DNA of 64,000 bases from Phoronis australis (taxonomy: Eukaryota; Animalia; Phoronida): contig NMRA01000337.1 in NCBI GenBank assembly GCA_002633005.1, positions 248,001-312,000 on the forward strand, given 5' to 3'. Below are positions 24,201-36,705 of this stretch, one piece after another. The position numbers and the translations under genes were made by a program. The notes beneath the pieces were generated by a model. The model made no database searches, was not told the origin of the DNA, and saw only the letters and a program-made list of their open reading frames with translations. How positions within the stretch are numbered: position 1 is the stretch's first letter; each line of letters starts with the position of its first letter.

Positions 24201-27200
24201 GACGTGATTGGTTGAGGTTCGACCCTGAATCAAACCTGAGCTGGTGCATTTGACCCTGATCCCCAGTCGAGATATGTTTCTCACCAAGGCTGCATTATGG
24301 AATTGGATTACTGACTATTAATTTAAATCCTTGTCTTAATTGAAATTGAGATATAACAGTTTATCACTTGTGTATTACATTAAAACATCTTGAATTTTGT
24401 GCACGGAAAATATTTTCATCAAAAATTGGTTCATGTCGGAGGTTTTGAAGCAAATAAGATTTTATTATGTTAATTATTTAGTTATCATGTATAAACTTAA
24501 ATGGTGACTGTATAAAATGAAACATCATGAGGAACAATTTTGTTGTCTAAATTAAAAATGGTGGCCATTTCTCCTTTTTATGCACCCATGTGTTTATATG
24601 TGGATGCATTATGCCGTCATCCCTGTCTGTCTGGCATCCGCTGCTGTTTCCACAACCCTTTGATGTATTTTCATGAAATTTTGCATGAATGTTCCTTTCA
24701 TTGATGTGACGTATGAGTGAGCTTTCGGAGGGATCTGACTACCGCTGTGCCCCCCTGTAGCAATTTTAGTTTTTTACGTTCAGTTCAGTATCTTCAAAGG
24801 TCCTTAATGAATTTTTATAAAATTTGGCTCATAGACATTTATTAGGGAGATGACGCTACCCTCTCGTTTTTGGATAGATTTGAGGTATTTTTCACCACCT
24901 AGTGGCCATTTTTTTCTATTTTCAAGCCTGTTTTATGGTGTCCGACCCCTCTGTCAACTAAACAACAGCGTTTATGTTTCTATTGTGCAGAGGACAGCTG
25001 ATGATGATTTTCAGATGACTCGGTTTACTGTGGTGCCTCCTTGTGGCATTTTTCGCATCTATGCTACATCTCCCAAACCCTCTGCAAGATCTTTATTAAA
25101 TTTAGCAAGTGTGTATGAAGTTGACAATGGACAACGACGACATTTGGATGGATTAAACTATCGCTGTGCCCCCGCTGTGGCAATTTCATTTTTTTCGTTG
25201 TCCTCTGTATTTGAAATTCCTTGGCAGATTTTTATGAAATTTAATAAACAGATTTCAATTTAAGAGTCCACAAGTCAGGTTTCTGTTTTCAGACGGATTC
25301 GACGTATAGCGGCCATTTTTATTATGAAATTTTGCAAATAAGTTAACTTTCTGTTAAGAAGACGAAGACGCCATCTCATTTTCATGGAGATTTGACATAT
25401 TCTGCGCCACTCAGCGTCCGCTGCTCTATCTCCAAAACCCTTTGACATATGTTCATGAAATTTGGCACATACGTTCCATTCATGAATGGGACGGCATGTG
25501 CAAACTTTCGGACGGATCCAAATACCGGTGTGCCCCCTAGTGGCAATTTTAGTTTTTTACGCTTACCTTTGTATTTTCAAAAGTCCTGAACGGATTCTCA
25601 TGAAATTTGGTATGTAGGCACCTATTAGTGAGATGACGCTATCCTGCCGTTTTCAGATGGATTCGTCATAGTTTGCGCCACCTAGTGGCCATTTTTAGTG
25701 TTTTCGAGTCTGTTTTTGTGCGTCCACCCCTCTATCAACCAAACCGCTCAAAGGATGATTGTGAAAATTGGCATGTATATGCTTACTATGTAGAGGACGG
25801 TTGACGATGATTTTCCGACGATTTCGACTACTGTGGCGCCTCCTAGTGGCAGTTTTGTTTTTTTGCGCCTATGGCTGTATCTCCTAAACCGTTCGCAGGA
25901 TCTTTACAAATTGTGTAAGTATATTTATATGATGTTAACAACGGAAGATGACGACTTTTGGTCGGATCCGACTACCGGTGTGCCCCCTAGTGGCAATTTT
26001 AGTTTTTTACGCTTACCTTTGTATCTTCAAAAGTATTGAACGGATTTTCATGAAATTTGGTATGTAGGCACCTATTAGTGAGATGACGCTATCCTACTGT
26101 TTTCAGATGGATTCGACGTAGTTTGCGCCACCTAGTGGCCATTTTTACTGTTTTCGAGTCTGTATTTTTGCGTCCACCCCTCTATCAACCAAACCGCTCA
26201 AAGGATGATTGTGAAAATTGGCGTGTATGTGCTTACTATAAGGAAGACAGCTGACAATGATTTTCAGACGATTTGGACTACTGTGGCGCCTCCTAGTGGC
26301 AGTTTTGTTTTTTTGCACCCATGGCTGTATCTCCCAAACCGTTCGCAGGATCTTTACTAAATTTAGCAAGTGTATTTATGTGATGTTGACAACGGACGAT
26401 GACGACTTTAGGATGATTCTGATTACCGGTATGCCTCTAGTGGCAATTTTAGTATTTGCCTCTAGTGGCAATTTTAGTATTTTACATTGACCTCTGTATT
26501 TTCATAGGTCTTCAGGTGTATACTTTGTGTTACTTCGTGACTATGAAGGAAAAGTTCCAAGTAGAAATTTGTTTCTGGCATTCTAATGCTGTGCTAATCT
26601 CGTATGTTGGTAAATTTGTTTTTAATTCTATGTTTCTGTGGTGCTTTAAGCAACTGGTGTATAGGATGTGCTTGTATTATGAAGATTACTCACATTTTGC
26701 CCCTAGCCTATTGAGGAGACAATGACCATGCCTTTCCATTTCGCTAAGTGCAACATACTACATATATGCCCTCTACTGGCCACTTTATGGTACCAATAAA
26801 CAACCCTAGAAGGATACCGTTTGCGGTGCAATTGTGGGCGCATTTCAACGCTCTGCGTTGCTCTTGTATTTTTTGTGTCCATGGCTGTATCTCCTTTATC
26901 CTTTGCAAGGTCTTTCTGAAATTTAGCAGATTTGCTCCTATGGAAATGGCAACAGATGACGATGAATTTCAAACCAATCCAACTACTAGTACAGCTATGC
27001 TCCCTAGTGGCAATTTTAGTGTTTACATTTTGCTCTGTAACTTCAGAGCTCCTTGATACTTTTTCACGAAATTCAGCAAACAAGTTTCTGTTATGAAGAC
27101 GATAGCACTTTTCTATTTTGTGATGGATTTGATGTATTCTGCACCAACTAGTGGCCATTTTAATTGTATTTAGTCTATTTTTTGTTGTCTACTTCTGTAT

Positions 27201-30200
27201 CTGCCTAACTGCGGAGAGAATCATTATGAAAATTGGCAGATGTGTTCCTTCTGTCAAGAACATGGCTGACATGGATTTTCAAACGGGTCCACTACTGTGG
27301 TGCCCCCTAGTGGCATTTTTTCACATCTACGACTGCATCTCCTAAACCTCTTTGCAAGATGTTTTTATAATTTTGCAATTGTATTCCTATTAACGTAACA
27401 GCAGATGGACGGATTCAATTGCTGCTGTGGTTCCCAATGGCAGTTTTTTACGTTTGCCTTTGTATCTTTGGAGTAGTTTGATGGATTTTCCTGAAATTTG
27501 GCAAATAGTTATTAGAGACGACGACAGCTTTACATTTTTGATGGGTTCAATGTATTCTGTGTCATCTAATGGCCATTTTTTATGATACAAATAAACATCC
27601 CTTGAAGCAACACCATTTGCAGTGCAGTCGTGGGCACATTTCAATGCTATGCGTTGCTCTTGTTTCTTTTAATGTGTTGAAATAACCATTCTACATCCAG
27701 GAGGGTTTACACTTAATCATGTGTGAAATGATTTAAAGATTGTGATTTTCCGCTGTAACGGAAAATAGACGACATCCAAAGAATCTGACTTCTTTCATGG
27801 AATTAATGATTTTGATCAAAGTTTCCAAGTGCCAGTAACAGATGTTTTAATTCTAATGTTTTTTGTGTTTTATTACAAAAAATTGCCACAAATTGATCGA
27901 TAATCATTTTGCTGCAGATGTGCTCAAGTAGTTGTTCATTCTTTCTGAAGGTGGCTCTGTTTTTTTTTGATTTTGAGAAACAATAAACATGGCCTGTAGC
28001 AAGTTATCAGTAAAACAGACCTGGGGCATAATATAGAAGAGAAAGTAAGACAATTCCTAGATAGTTTATGACTTGGAAATAGTAAAACAGAATTTTGATA
28101 GTTAAGTAAAATGGGGAAAACAGAAATTTATGTTCACTAAAACATATTTCTCTGGTTTTGAAAATGTGTGTGTACACTGCACATAACTTCCACTTGAACT
28201 GTTACAGTTTTATTCGGGTGTACGCACTCCTCATATACCTTACCGCTTGCTCCATCTGGTGTGGACACATGCACGACACTTGGCTGGGTACGAGCAACAA
28301 GACGCACATGAATTCCTCATCGCAGCTTTAGACGTCCTCCATAGACATTGTAAAGGTTAGCTTCAATCATAATCTGTAATAGTCGGATATAACATGCCTG
28401 CATTTTGAGAACCAGTTTCCTCCACTGAATAACTGGCATTAACTGGTTTTCAAAATGTTGGCACGTTATGTCAGACTATTGCTGCCATAATCTGTTACTT
28501 AACTGAGAAACATTTGTATTGTTATTGCCGTTATGTGCATCTGATATTTGGAGAGTTGGTGCTACCATCTAGCATAAGCGTGATGTATTTACAAGTGGAA
28601 AATGTTTAATAATTCTAACCTGCTGTATTGTGTTGTCCTCCACTGATAGCTGAAAAACAGCTATTATGCAACTGCGATGTTAAGAGGTCCTATATAGTTC
28701 AACTTTGGCTAGAGACAAGTCCTGTGTGGATTTAGGTATGAGATTAACACTATGTGGACATAGGCATGAGAATAGTTCTATGTCAATTTTGGGGTGAGAC
28801 TAGTCCTATGTGAGACCAGGCTCTATATGTTGGCTTGACCCTATTGGTCATTTTATGCATTAGGCATGGTCTTAAGCTATAGCAAATGGCCAATTCTTTT
28901 GAAGTCCAGAAATCATTGACTTCTTATCCAAATTATTTTTTGAATGAAGAAAAGTTTATTGCACATTTAATCAAGAATGTTCAGTTTTTCACAGCTTGCT
29001 AGTTTTTCACTTGATGTTGTAGACTATAGATGAAATGATCATAAAATGCTTAGTGCAGAACAGTACATTCACACCTGTATTGTTTAAATTGCATTTTGAT
29101 GTGTAGGTGTCAATGGTACCTCATCAAGTAATCCTCACCATTGCAACTGTATCATAGATCAAATCTTCACTGGAGGACTACAGTCAGATGTCACTTGTCA
29201 GCAGTGCAAGTAAGTGATACACCTTACGGCCCTGTCATTAAATGATTGTCTTCATGCTGTAAGCTTTTAGGGACTAGAAATGCACGCCTTTTCCCAAAAA
29301 TGAACATTTGATTTAGGTCACTTATTGTTAAAAAGTCTGTCTCATCTTATTGCAGGCTGGTATCAGTTGAGGTGCTTGTCGTAGCAGGCTGGTATCAGTT
29401 GAGGTGCTTGTCATAGGAGGCTGGTATCAATGGCCTAGGCATTATGTACGGCTGTTGGATGATTCCGTTATAACCAATTTCAGGTCAAGCAAAGGATAAG
29501 AATGCAATAATGTGACTTGAAAGAGTGAATATTCATGTGAAGGAAGTGGATGTTTTTGATGTCGCAACATGGTTAATAGTGGCTTTAAAATTTTAGTAAT
29601 TTTTTAAATAAAAACAAATTTGCTTTGCTTTTTTGAAGTTAAATCTGTGGAAATCCTCAATGAAACCAGACGAAGACATAAATGACTGGAAAATTATCCA
29701 AATGTTTTGGTGTGTCATCAGAAGATAAATGTGAAAATGCTGTGAACATTGATGTGTCCCTTCAGCTGTAAGTCACATTATCGGCGATGATGCTATGAAT
29801 CTGAGATCAGTTACCAGATGAATTTAAACCCACGAACTCTCTGACACTTTGCTAGTAGAGCAAATACTCCATGCCACAAGAAGCTAAGTATTTTAGGCTT
29901 ATTTAACTGATAAGGTCAGCGGCCTAAATGACTGCCCAATAACTGGAAGCCAGCCTCTGGAATTGGCGATTTCTTGATATATAATCACAAAAACAGCTAA
30001 TTATTGTGTTTTATAGCTCAGGTCAAAGGTTAAAGCTGATAAGTTCAAGAAGTCTATCCTACCCACCAATAGTCCCAACACGTCCCTAAATCCAACAATG
30101 TTTCTTTAATAAGTTCTACATTGATTTCATTCCCTTTCAGTCATGTTTCTACAACCATTGATCCCTTCTGGGATATCTCTCTGGATCTTGGTCCCCCTCC

Positions 30201-33200
30201 TGGTGAGAATGGCTCTTTGATGGGTTAGTGTGCCACCTGTTACTCTATCTTTCACATTTTAACAGCACAACTCTTTTATTCTCTAAACACTGATGAATTA
30301 ATTTCAAATCTTTGCATTGAGTGTGAGCACGTAATAGTATCGGGTTTTGAAGTGTCTGGTGTATATCTCTCTTGTGATTAACATATTTTTCTTCGCTGTT
30401 ATTTGCATTCTAGAAAGCATTAGTTAGTTGTCATAATTATATTAATTAAATGGCAATATGCTTATTTCTCTTATTTGAACTAAGTTTTGCAATAATTTTG
30501 TTCAGCTTATTTTAAAAATGATTGAACTGCATTAAGTTCATACAATTTAAATGTTAAAACAACTTGAGTCTTTGTTGATTGTTATAAACTTATGCTATTC
30601 CAGGTAATATTTAATTGTTATTTCTCGAAACCATCAACCTTGTGTTATGTCTTGAGTGATGTATACAAAATTCAATTTTATTGTTTGTTAATGATTGTAG
30701 GCATCATTTTTTTCTAAAGCGCAATCACTGTAAAAACCTGAATTGAATGTCTTAAATATAATGTCATCCCACACAATTGCAAGATTAAACTGAGATACAA
30801 CTCATGAGCTTGGAGGCCATGATATTTATTTTCCTACCAATGCCTATCTACCCACACATCGGACCTCTGTTGTTCAGCCAATGTACCACAATGCATGCTT
30901 ACCAATTTGATTTGCCTTTGCAGGTAATTTGACTGGTGTCTTTGAGGAGCCTTCTTCACTTGAAGACTGCCTACAAAGGTACCTCTGTTGCTAATGTGTT
31001 CAAGAGTTCTCAAAAATAAATATTGATAAATTGCATCAAAATTTTTCGAGTTTCATCGAACTTTCGGCAAAAAGCCTGAAAAGAAAGCTGAAAAAATTAA
31101 CTTTGAACTTTGAAAATGAGCCACATTTTTGTGATCATAAAGTTGCTGGCCTTATCACAATACAAGACAAAGAAAATTGACAAAATATCATTTTTCTGTC
31201 ATGACGGCTAATTTTGTGAACAGCAAATATGGCTGGTAGTAAATATGGGGGCAAAATTCTAGTTGTAGAATGGCTTAGCCATCTTAGTTTATGTCCTTCT
31301 GTTCTCGGTCACTAGAGAAGACTGCTCTGTCGATGAGTTCGGCTTCTACCCAGTGTCATGATGGTGAATTTGCTGTCATTTTGTCTGAATACTTTTTAAT
31401 TGTACTTTACATCCCAACTTGTCTGTACTTCTAGGTTCACCAAACCAGAACACCTGGGAAGTTCAGCTAAAATCAAATGTGGCAGGTGTCACAGCTATCA
31501 GGAGTCGACTAAACAGTTGACTATGAACAAGTTACCTGTTGTTGCATGTTTTCATCTCAAGGTGAGTGATTTGTAAAACATCCTTAGATGTTTTCTGGTA
31601 GCTTTTTGCAGTTCTCACATTTTGATTACTGTAAGTGATTCTATCCTCTTATGAATTCTTGGATGAATTCATTCCCTAGTCATCTATATTCCAGTTGATT
31701 AGCCTTTAATAAGTGTTGTAATCGTAGATTTTCTATAATTTTGTGGATAGGCCAACCGGAAGTGAACACTTCCGCTAAAATAGTACAAGGCAACAACAGC
31801 AGTTTGTGTGTTCTGTTTCTCAGTCGCCCTCTGTATCTATTGGGTCAAAAGTTTTGATCAGAAATGAAATGTATGGATTTTAGTAGACTACTTTCAAGTA
31901 TTGTAAGTTTTAAATTTGTTCAACATGTGCAGTGTCTACTCAGGTCATTTCATAGGTTATATAAATATGCAAAATATGTTTAAAATGTTTTTCTTATCTA
32001 GTGTCATATTTACAACATAGCTGATCTGTCTCAATTTCAGCGTTTCGAGCATTCCACTGGTTATCACAAGAAGATCTCCACTCTGATCTCCTTTCCCGAA
32101 GAGCTCGACATGACCCCGTTTATGTCCTCTTCTCGCTCTAACAACAATGGCTACCTTCAAACCAATGCAATACCTTGGGCAAACTCATCTTGTCTGGCCA
32201 GTGACCACAAGTAAGAGCGGTGTAGTTACAATTGTGTTATTGGTGGAACAACTACCCTGTAATTTTTGAAATTTCCAATTTATGCACCCATCTCTCGTTC
32301 AAGCGCCCCCTATTTTTGGTAGTAGTAGGTAAGTGAATTTCCTGAATTTAGGAAATTATTTATGTTACAGTAGGACACTGAACGAGTGCCCAAGTGTTGC
32401 ATCAAGAAATCTTGAATGGTAACACCTGTAAATTTAGTTCCTACAATGTGTTAAGAGCATGGCTCTCAGTCCACTAGTGCCATAAATCGCCAAATGTAAC
32501 AAACTGTTAGACGTATTGGCTTGCTTTTGTCTACGTCACCACGAGAATCACCTTTTAATTCAAACAGCTGCGAATAACACACACACGCAATGGTGTTCTA
32601 TTCAGACCCTTATTCAATACAACTGTTATCGGCCTTTTGTTGTTTGTGCTGGGATCTCGCGGTGACGCAACATGGAATGAAAAGGCAGCTTCACTTATCA
32701 CTTGACGGGCTTACATTTGCGCGATTGATCTTGTGTTTTCTTAATTTACTAAGGCTTTGCTATTACTATCTGGTTAGCCCAATACATCTAAAATAACGAA
32801 GTTCTATTGAAGTTACACTTTAAATCTGTTTGTTGCTTCACCACATTTTAGCAGGTGTAAAGAAGCAATTGGTATATAATTAAATTGTTTAATTTTGTCT
32901 TTTTGTCGTAGCCCTTTTTATGATCTCAAAAACGTATCCTAACAACAAGTGTTGACACTCCCTCTCTCTTCCTCCCTCCCTCCTTTTCCCTGCCCATCCC
33001 CCCTCTCTCTCGCCCCCCCCCTCCCCTCTCTCTCTCTCTCCATTTGTATAATTGTGCAGTCTCGTGAAAATGACAATGATTCCAAATTGTGTCTAACCTG
33101 TTGCCAACTGTTTCAGGTACTCGCTGTTTGCCGTTGTCAATCACCAGGGTACAATAGAGAGCGGCCATTATACAAACTACATTCGACTCCACAAAGACCA

Positions 33201-34214
33201 ATGGTACAAGTGCGACGATCACCTCATTACCAAGGCTACGCTGAAGGATGTGCTCAGCAGTGAAGGGTGTGTTGAAATTAACCAACATTTAATCTGAAGG
33301 ATTACCACTTCACTGGATCATTTTAAGGTTGTGTACAACTATAGAATGTAGTCCATATATGGCCGACTTCGAAGCAAAATATCTCAGAAACAGCCATCAG
33401 ATCGGATTCTTTTGATACTCATATACTGTGCTTTGTGCACTGTTAAGAATTGTTTTTAACATATTCCACTTTTGACTGCGGGTCTAGCAAAAGTAGGACT
33501 TAGATTTTTGTGAAAGAAATAAAAAATTGTGCTAAACAAAATGATATTTTTGAAAACACTTACTGCTTTTTGAGAGACTTCATCTTAAATATTTTTATGA
33601 AACTTGGCTATGTTATTGATACTCTTGCTTTGCTATGAATGTGTCTTTTTAGTAACGTTTAGCAAAAAATATCGGTAGTCACGTAACCCAATTATAATGA
33701 TACAATGTGGTCATGTGGTTGAGACCTTCGCAATAATTATACCTTTAATTTTTTGCTGAATTTTACAAAAATCATGGTCACGTATTTCTGTAAAACTGCA
33801 GTGAAACAGTCTACAGGCTTTCTACTTTCTGAAAATATATGCTCGAGTTGATTTCTATGCTCATGTAGACTTGTGGGTAAGGTCCCACATGACTTTAATG
33901 TTCCATCAGCATGTTAAGGTTAAGCTTTGTAAATTGATTTAAATCATCACCTTTCTCAGTATATTTGTGTTTCTGTTTGGATCATTCATGTATCTGACTG
34001 AGGGGTTCTTAGTAACATAAGAAGGCATGGTGTACATTGAAACAGAAGTGTGAACAAGAAGTCCTATTATGGACAAAGTTCCTGTAGATTTTTGCAGAGG
34101 TGAAGTGAAAAACGTGCGATTGTTTAGACGTTGAATCTTTGTATGTATGATTTTACCCTCTTCTATTCCAGGTACTTACTGTTCTATCACAAGCAAATAC
34201 TGGAGTATGAATGA
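18124..34214 (+). CDS. USP22: Ubiquitin carboxyl-terminal hydrolase 22 (SAGA DUB module; ZnF-UBP + USP domain), complete 13-exon gene, ~504 aa
   Basis: Hand-assembled GT-AG exons join(18124-18246,19299-19434,20683-20781,22611-22715,23233-23405,28208-28355,29107-29209,30141-30223,30924-30978,31435-31561,32041-32210,33117-33266,34172-34214) = 1515 nt with consistent phases. Motifs: [38 protein letters not shown] (Cys box), [18 protein letters not shown] (His box), KCDD, and C-terminal [13 protein letters not shown] as in USP22/Nonstop. Confidence 0.96.
18758..19150 (+). mobile_element. tRNA-derived SINE, split by the MITE above
   Basis: Removing the MITE restores A box TAGCTGAATGG; B box GGTTCAATTCC at 18981-18991. 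Confidence 0.6.
18773..18944. mobile_element. Short MITE with AT flanks (ISL2EU-like), inserted in a SINE A-box
   Basis: AT|tgacctatcgc ... gcgataggtca|AT, perfect inverted repeat. Confidence 0.65.
19299..19434 (+). CDS. USP22: USP22 exon 2 (ZnF-UBP)
   Basis: ttgcag|[45 protein letters not shown]|gtaatg. Confidence 0.95.
19450..19589. repeat. 28-bp minisatellite x5
   Basis: Unit cagctgtcctcttacaactggtccacat. Confidence 0.9.
20267..20491. repeat. 73-bp tandem repeat x3, near-identical copies
   Basis: Units start at 20267, 20340 and 20413. Confidence 0.95.
20683..20781 (+). CDS. USP22: USP22 exon 3
   Basis: tttcag|[33 protein letters not shown]|gtaatg. Confidence 0.92.
20839..22276 (-). mobile_element. 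Internally deleted Kolobok DNA transposon in USP22 intron 3
   Basis: TTAA TSD (20835-20838 / 22277-22280); TIR aggggaaggcaa..ttcatgtcattttt. Minus strand has a THAP remnant from ATG 22010 (HRFPKD..W, RVCGKHF) and [21 protein letters not shown]. Plus strand has KolX-like YMFEPEY...[18 protein letters not shown]. Confidence 0.85.
22611..22715 (+). CDS. USP22: USP22 exon 4
   Basis: ttacag|[34 protein letters not shown]|gtaaga. Confidence 0.9.
22749..22925. repeat. ~42-bp minisatellite x4
   Basis: Core taatggggtaggaataaagtttaaacattac. Confidence 0.85.
23233..23405 (+). CDS. USP22: USP22 exon 5 (catalytic Cys box)
   Basis: [25 protein letters not shown]...RLFQE|gtatgt. Confidence 0.96.
24575..27665 (+). 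repeat. Helentron/HINE-like non-autonomous element(s) with a ~150-bp monomer array and a 450-bp higher-order unit
   Basis: T-rich flanks, ctgtctgtctg head, and repeated gattttcatgaaatttgg...gcgccacctagtggcc monomers; near-identical blocks 450 bp apart (25531/25981, 25675/26125, 25836/26286); 3' end gcgttgctcttg at ~26865 and ~27660. Confidence 0.7.
28208..28355 (+). CDS. USP22: USP22 exon 6
   Basis: [49 protein letters not shown]. Confidence 0.96.
29107..29209 (+). CDS. USP22: USP22 exon 7
   Basis: [26 protein letters not shown]|gtaagt. Confidence 0.95.
29750..29890 (-). mobile_element. Degenerate tRNA-derived SINE fragment
   Basis: Minus strand A-box-like tagcttcttgtgg and B-box-like gggtttaaattc at tRNA-like spacing. 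Confidence 0.4.
30141..30223 (+). CDS. USP22: USP22 exon 8 (alternative in-frame donor after 30202)
   Basis: [20 protein letters not shown](GENGSLM); two same-phase donors, GTGAGA and GTTAGT. Confidence 0.9.
30924..30978 (+). CDS. USP22: USP22 exon 9
   Basis: ttgcag|[19 protein letters not shown]|gtacct; phases fit both neighbours. Confidence 0.88.
31435..31561 (+). CDS. USP22: USP22 exon 10
   Basis: [42 protein letters not shown]|gtgagt. Confidence 0.96.
32041..32210 (+). CDS. USP22: USP22 exon 11
   Basis: [30 protein letters not shown]...|gtaaga. Confidence 0.95.
33117..33266 (+). CDS. USP22: USP22 exon 12 (His box)
   Basis: [50 protein letters not shown]. Confidence 0.96.
33327..33894. 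mobile_element. Kolobok-type MITE (TTAA flanks); related copies at ~45285-45727 and ~46780-47040
   Basis: TTAA at 33323-33326 and 33895-33898; shared blocks atatctcagaaa, ggtcatgtg and ggtcc(c/t)acat(g/a)actttaa. Confidence 0.55.
34172..34214 (+). CDS. USP22: USP22 exon 13 (last coding)
   Basis: ttccag|[16 protein letters not shown]. Confidence 0.95.
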
Positions 34215-35515
34215 CAGTCTGCCAGTTTGAACACCAGAACTCCGTAGGTGCTGCGTACAGTCCAGGGAATTGTGCAAGAAAGAAAAGTGTGCCGTTAGCC
34301 GCTATGGTGTGTTGAAAGTATATACAAGTAGGGATTGGAGAAAAATTCCATGAACTCATGATGTTATGCTTGCTGGTTGTTGTATAAAACAGTGGTAGGT
34401 TTTTGTCTGGTGACAATGTTCAGGTTATGTTGCTGGGAATTCATGTTAATGAGGTCACCTACAGATGGCGCTGGTAGACACTAACAAGGCATGAAGGTTT
34501 ATTCTGAAATGCAGGCTATCTATATATACTAACAACTGTGATATCACGTCTAGAATCATTTATGTCTATGAAAGAAAACTTAACTGAAGAAAACTTGAGA
34601 TAACCTCTAAGTATTGATGAGTTCAACCATTGAACAATGTTAGTGTGGTTGCCTGGTTTCAGACTGTTGCTGCCAACAAATAGCTTCAAAATTTTCTTTA
34701 GATCTATTATTGATTGGTGGAAACACAGAGCTTTCAAGGTATCACATCAATAATTACGGCCAGAAGTTTGCTGCATTTGAGCATTGAAGTATGTGGGTGC
34801 CTAGTTTCAGACTGCTTCTTCACAGAACCAGTATCAAAGTATTCTATCTGTTTGTTATTGACTGGTGGAAAGTCGGGAGCTTTCTAGGTGTTAAAGTTCA
34901 TATTATCACCTCAAGAGCTGCGGTCATCTAATTGTGCCTAGCAGTCTGTTGATGTTAACCATTTAGTTTTGTGGTCTGTATTGTCAGATCAGGATCAAAC
35001 TTAAGGATCTGTAAAATTACCACGCGTTACCTTTAGTAGTGGCCGATCTGTAGATCTTGCTGACCGTAGTTGACTCAATCTGCAGTTTTTGCCAACACTT
35101 GTTGTCCATGTGTTCTTCGCAAAGAAATTTGGGGGTTATCATTCTGCATAGTTTGGGAACAACATTTTGCTTCTCCAGATACACGGATCTGTTAGTTTGG
35201 GAACATTTTGCTTCTCCAGATACACGGATCTGTTAGTTTCTATTTGCTCATATGATCACAATTACCTACCACTGAACAACATTTGTTGTTTTAAATATTT
35301 ATTATACACTTATTCATACACTAACTATTGTGTCGTTGGAAGGACTAAGTAGTGTCCGCGTATTGCACACGGGTACGGACTATTCAGTCCCTCACTTAAG
35401 GGACTGGCCATTGTTGTCAAGCCTAGTTATGCCAAATTATTTTCAAACATTTTGTAAACTTATCATTTGTGCAAAAATGCACTTTTTGATATATTGCTAA
35501 TTTTTAGAAATGTTT

Positions 35516-35525
35516 AATAAATAAA
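35516..35525 (+). terminator. Candidate USP22 polyadenylation signal (overlapping AATAAA x2)
   Basis: aataaataaa followed by GT/T-rich sequence ~1.3 kb after the stop codon. Confidence 0.5.
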
Positions 35526-35909
35526 TGCATCTACAAACTTTGTGGTTACTTTCATTATTGCGTGATAATACAGCAGACACTCAGTCAGAGATGTGGACCA
35601 ATTTCAGTGAAACTTGAAACAGAGGTATGACATCAATGCCCAGAACCATTAAATTTTTGGGGCCATTCGACTGTTACAGCACCTAGCGGCCATTTTGTTC
35701 TCGACAAGGGGCTTTTCAAGTCTTGTACAGGGAAAGAGCATATCTCCGAATGACATCTAGAGAACCGACATATGGATTTTGATGACACTTGACACAGAGG
35801 TGCGTGACGGCAATGCACCAGCAGTTTGGTTATGGGGGGGGGGGGATTTGACGACTGCAGCATGTCTTAGTTAACATTTTGGAGAAGAGGGTTTGCAGAT
35901 TAGTCAGAA

Positions 35910-36060
35910 ATCCTGCATCCCACCTCAAAGAAGGTAGTGGGCCTCCCACAGTCCTGCACCCCACCTCACACTAGGTAGTGGGCCTCCTACAGTCCTTCAT
36001 CCCACCTCGGAGTAAGTAGTGGGCCTCACACTGTCCTGTATCCCATCTCAAAGTAGGTAG
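35910..36060. repeat. ~41-bp minisatellite x4 between the two genes
   Basis: cagtcctgcaccccacctca..aggtagtgggcctc. Confidence 0.85.
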
Positions 36061-36548
36061 CTCACTTAGTTTTGTTTCTGTGCCAACTGGCAAAGTATTT
36101 TTGAAAAAATTAGCAGTCGCATTCGTCTATCTAACGGTACACAAAACTAGGAATTTAAAAGGAAAATCCTAAATAACTGTGATTGCTTGGATGCACAAAT
36201 ATTAAAATTGGCAAGTTTCAATGAAATTCATGGAGCCGTTTTCAGGAACTCGTCTTCCTAAGTTCAAATTAAATCGATTTGGACGAGAAAAAGTGGAAAA
36301 CGTCACGAGTCTTAAAAATCTGATGGTTATCACTTAATTATTTGGTGAAAACTTGTTTCTGGTCAATATAACCTATACATGCTGTAACCATGTTCGTTAT
36401 TTGCACATTCACTTGCAATGTCAACTGAATTTGCTGTGCGTATCACTAATTCTGTTAAGTCGGTTCACCATGAATCAACTTACACATGGTTGGGGAGAGG
36501 AGTTTACAGTACTAGTACACAACACATGCCAAAGCACATGCTGGGGAG

Positions 36549-36705
36549 CAGCATTCGAATACATGCTGGCCCGGTGTTGTGGGCTCCACTGGATTTGTGG
36601 CCAGACCAGTAACTTTTAAAAGTTAACTTGGCACCCGGGTCAGTAAATTTTCAGACCAACTGGCCCTGTGGGCTTGCACATGTATTTACTGTGGTTCGAA
36701 CACTG
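36549..36705. mobile_element. hAT-type MITE
   Basis: TIR cagcattcgaa / ttcgaacactg; 8-bp TSD ctggggag / ccggggag. Confidence 0.7.

Noticed and set aside
29783-29845. C/D box snoRNA-like pattern (gcgatga..ctga..ctga)
   Set aside because: Imperfect C box, no terminal stem, and better explained as an antisense tRNA-SINE fragment.
34212-34247. USP22 TGA-C stop read-through (QSASLNTRTP)
   Set aside because: Only the +4 C supports it; the C-terminus LEYE matches the normal family end.
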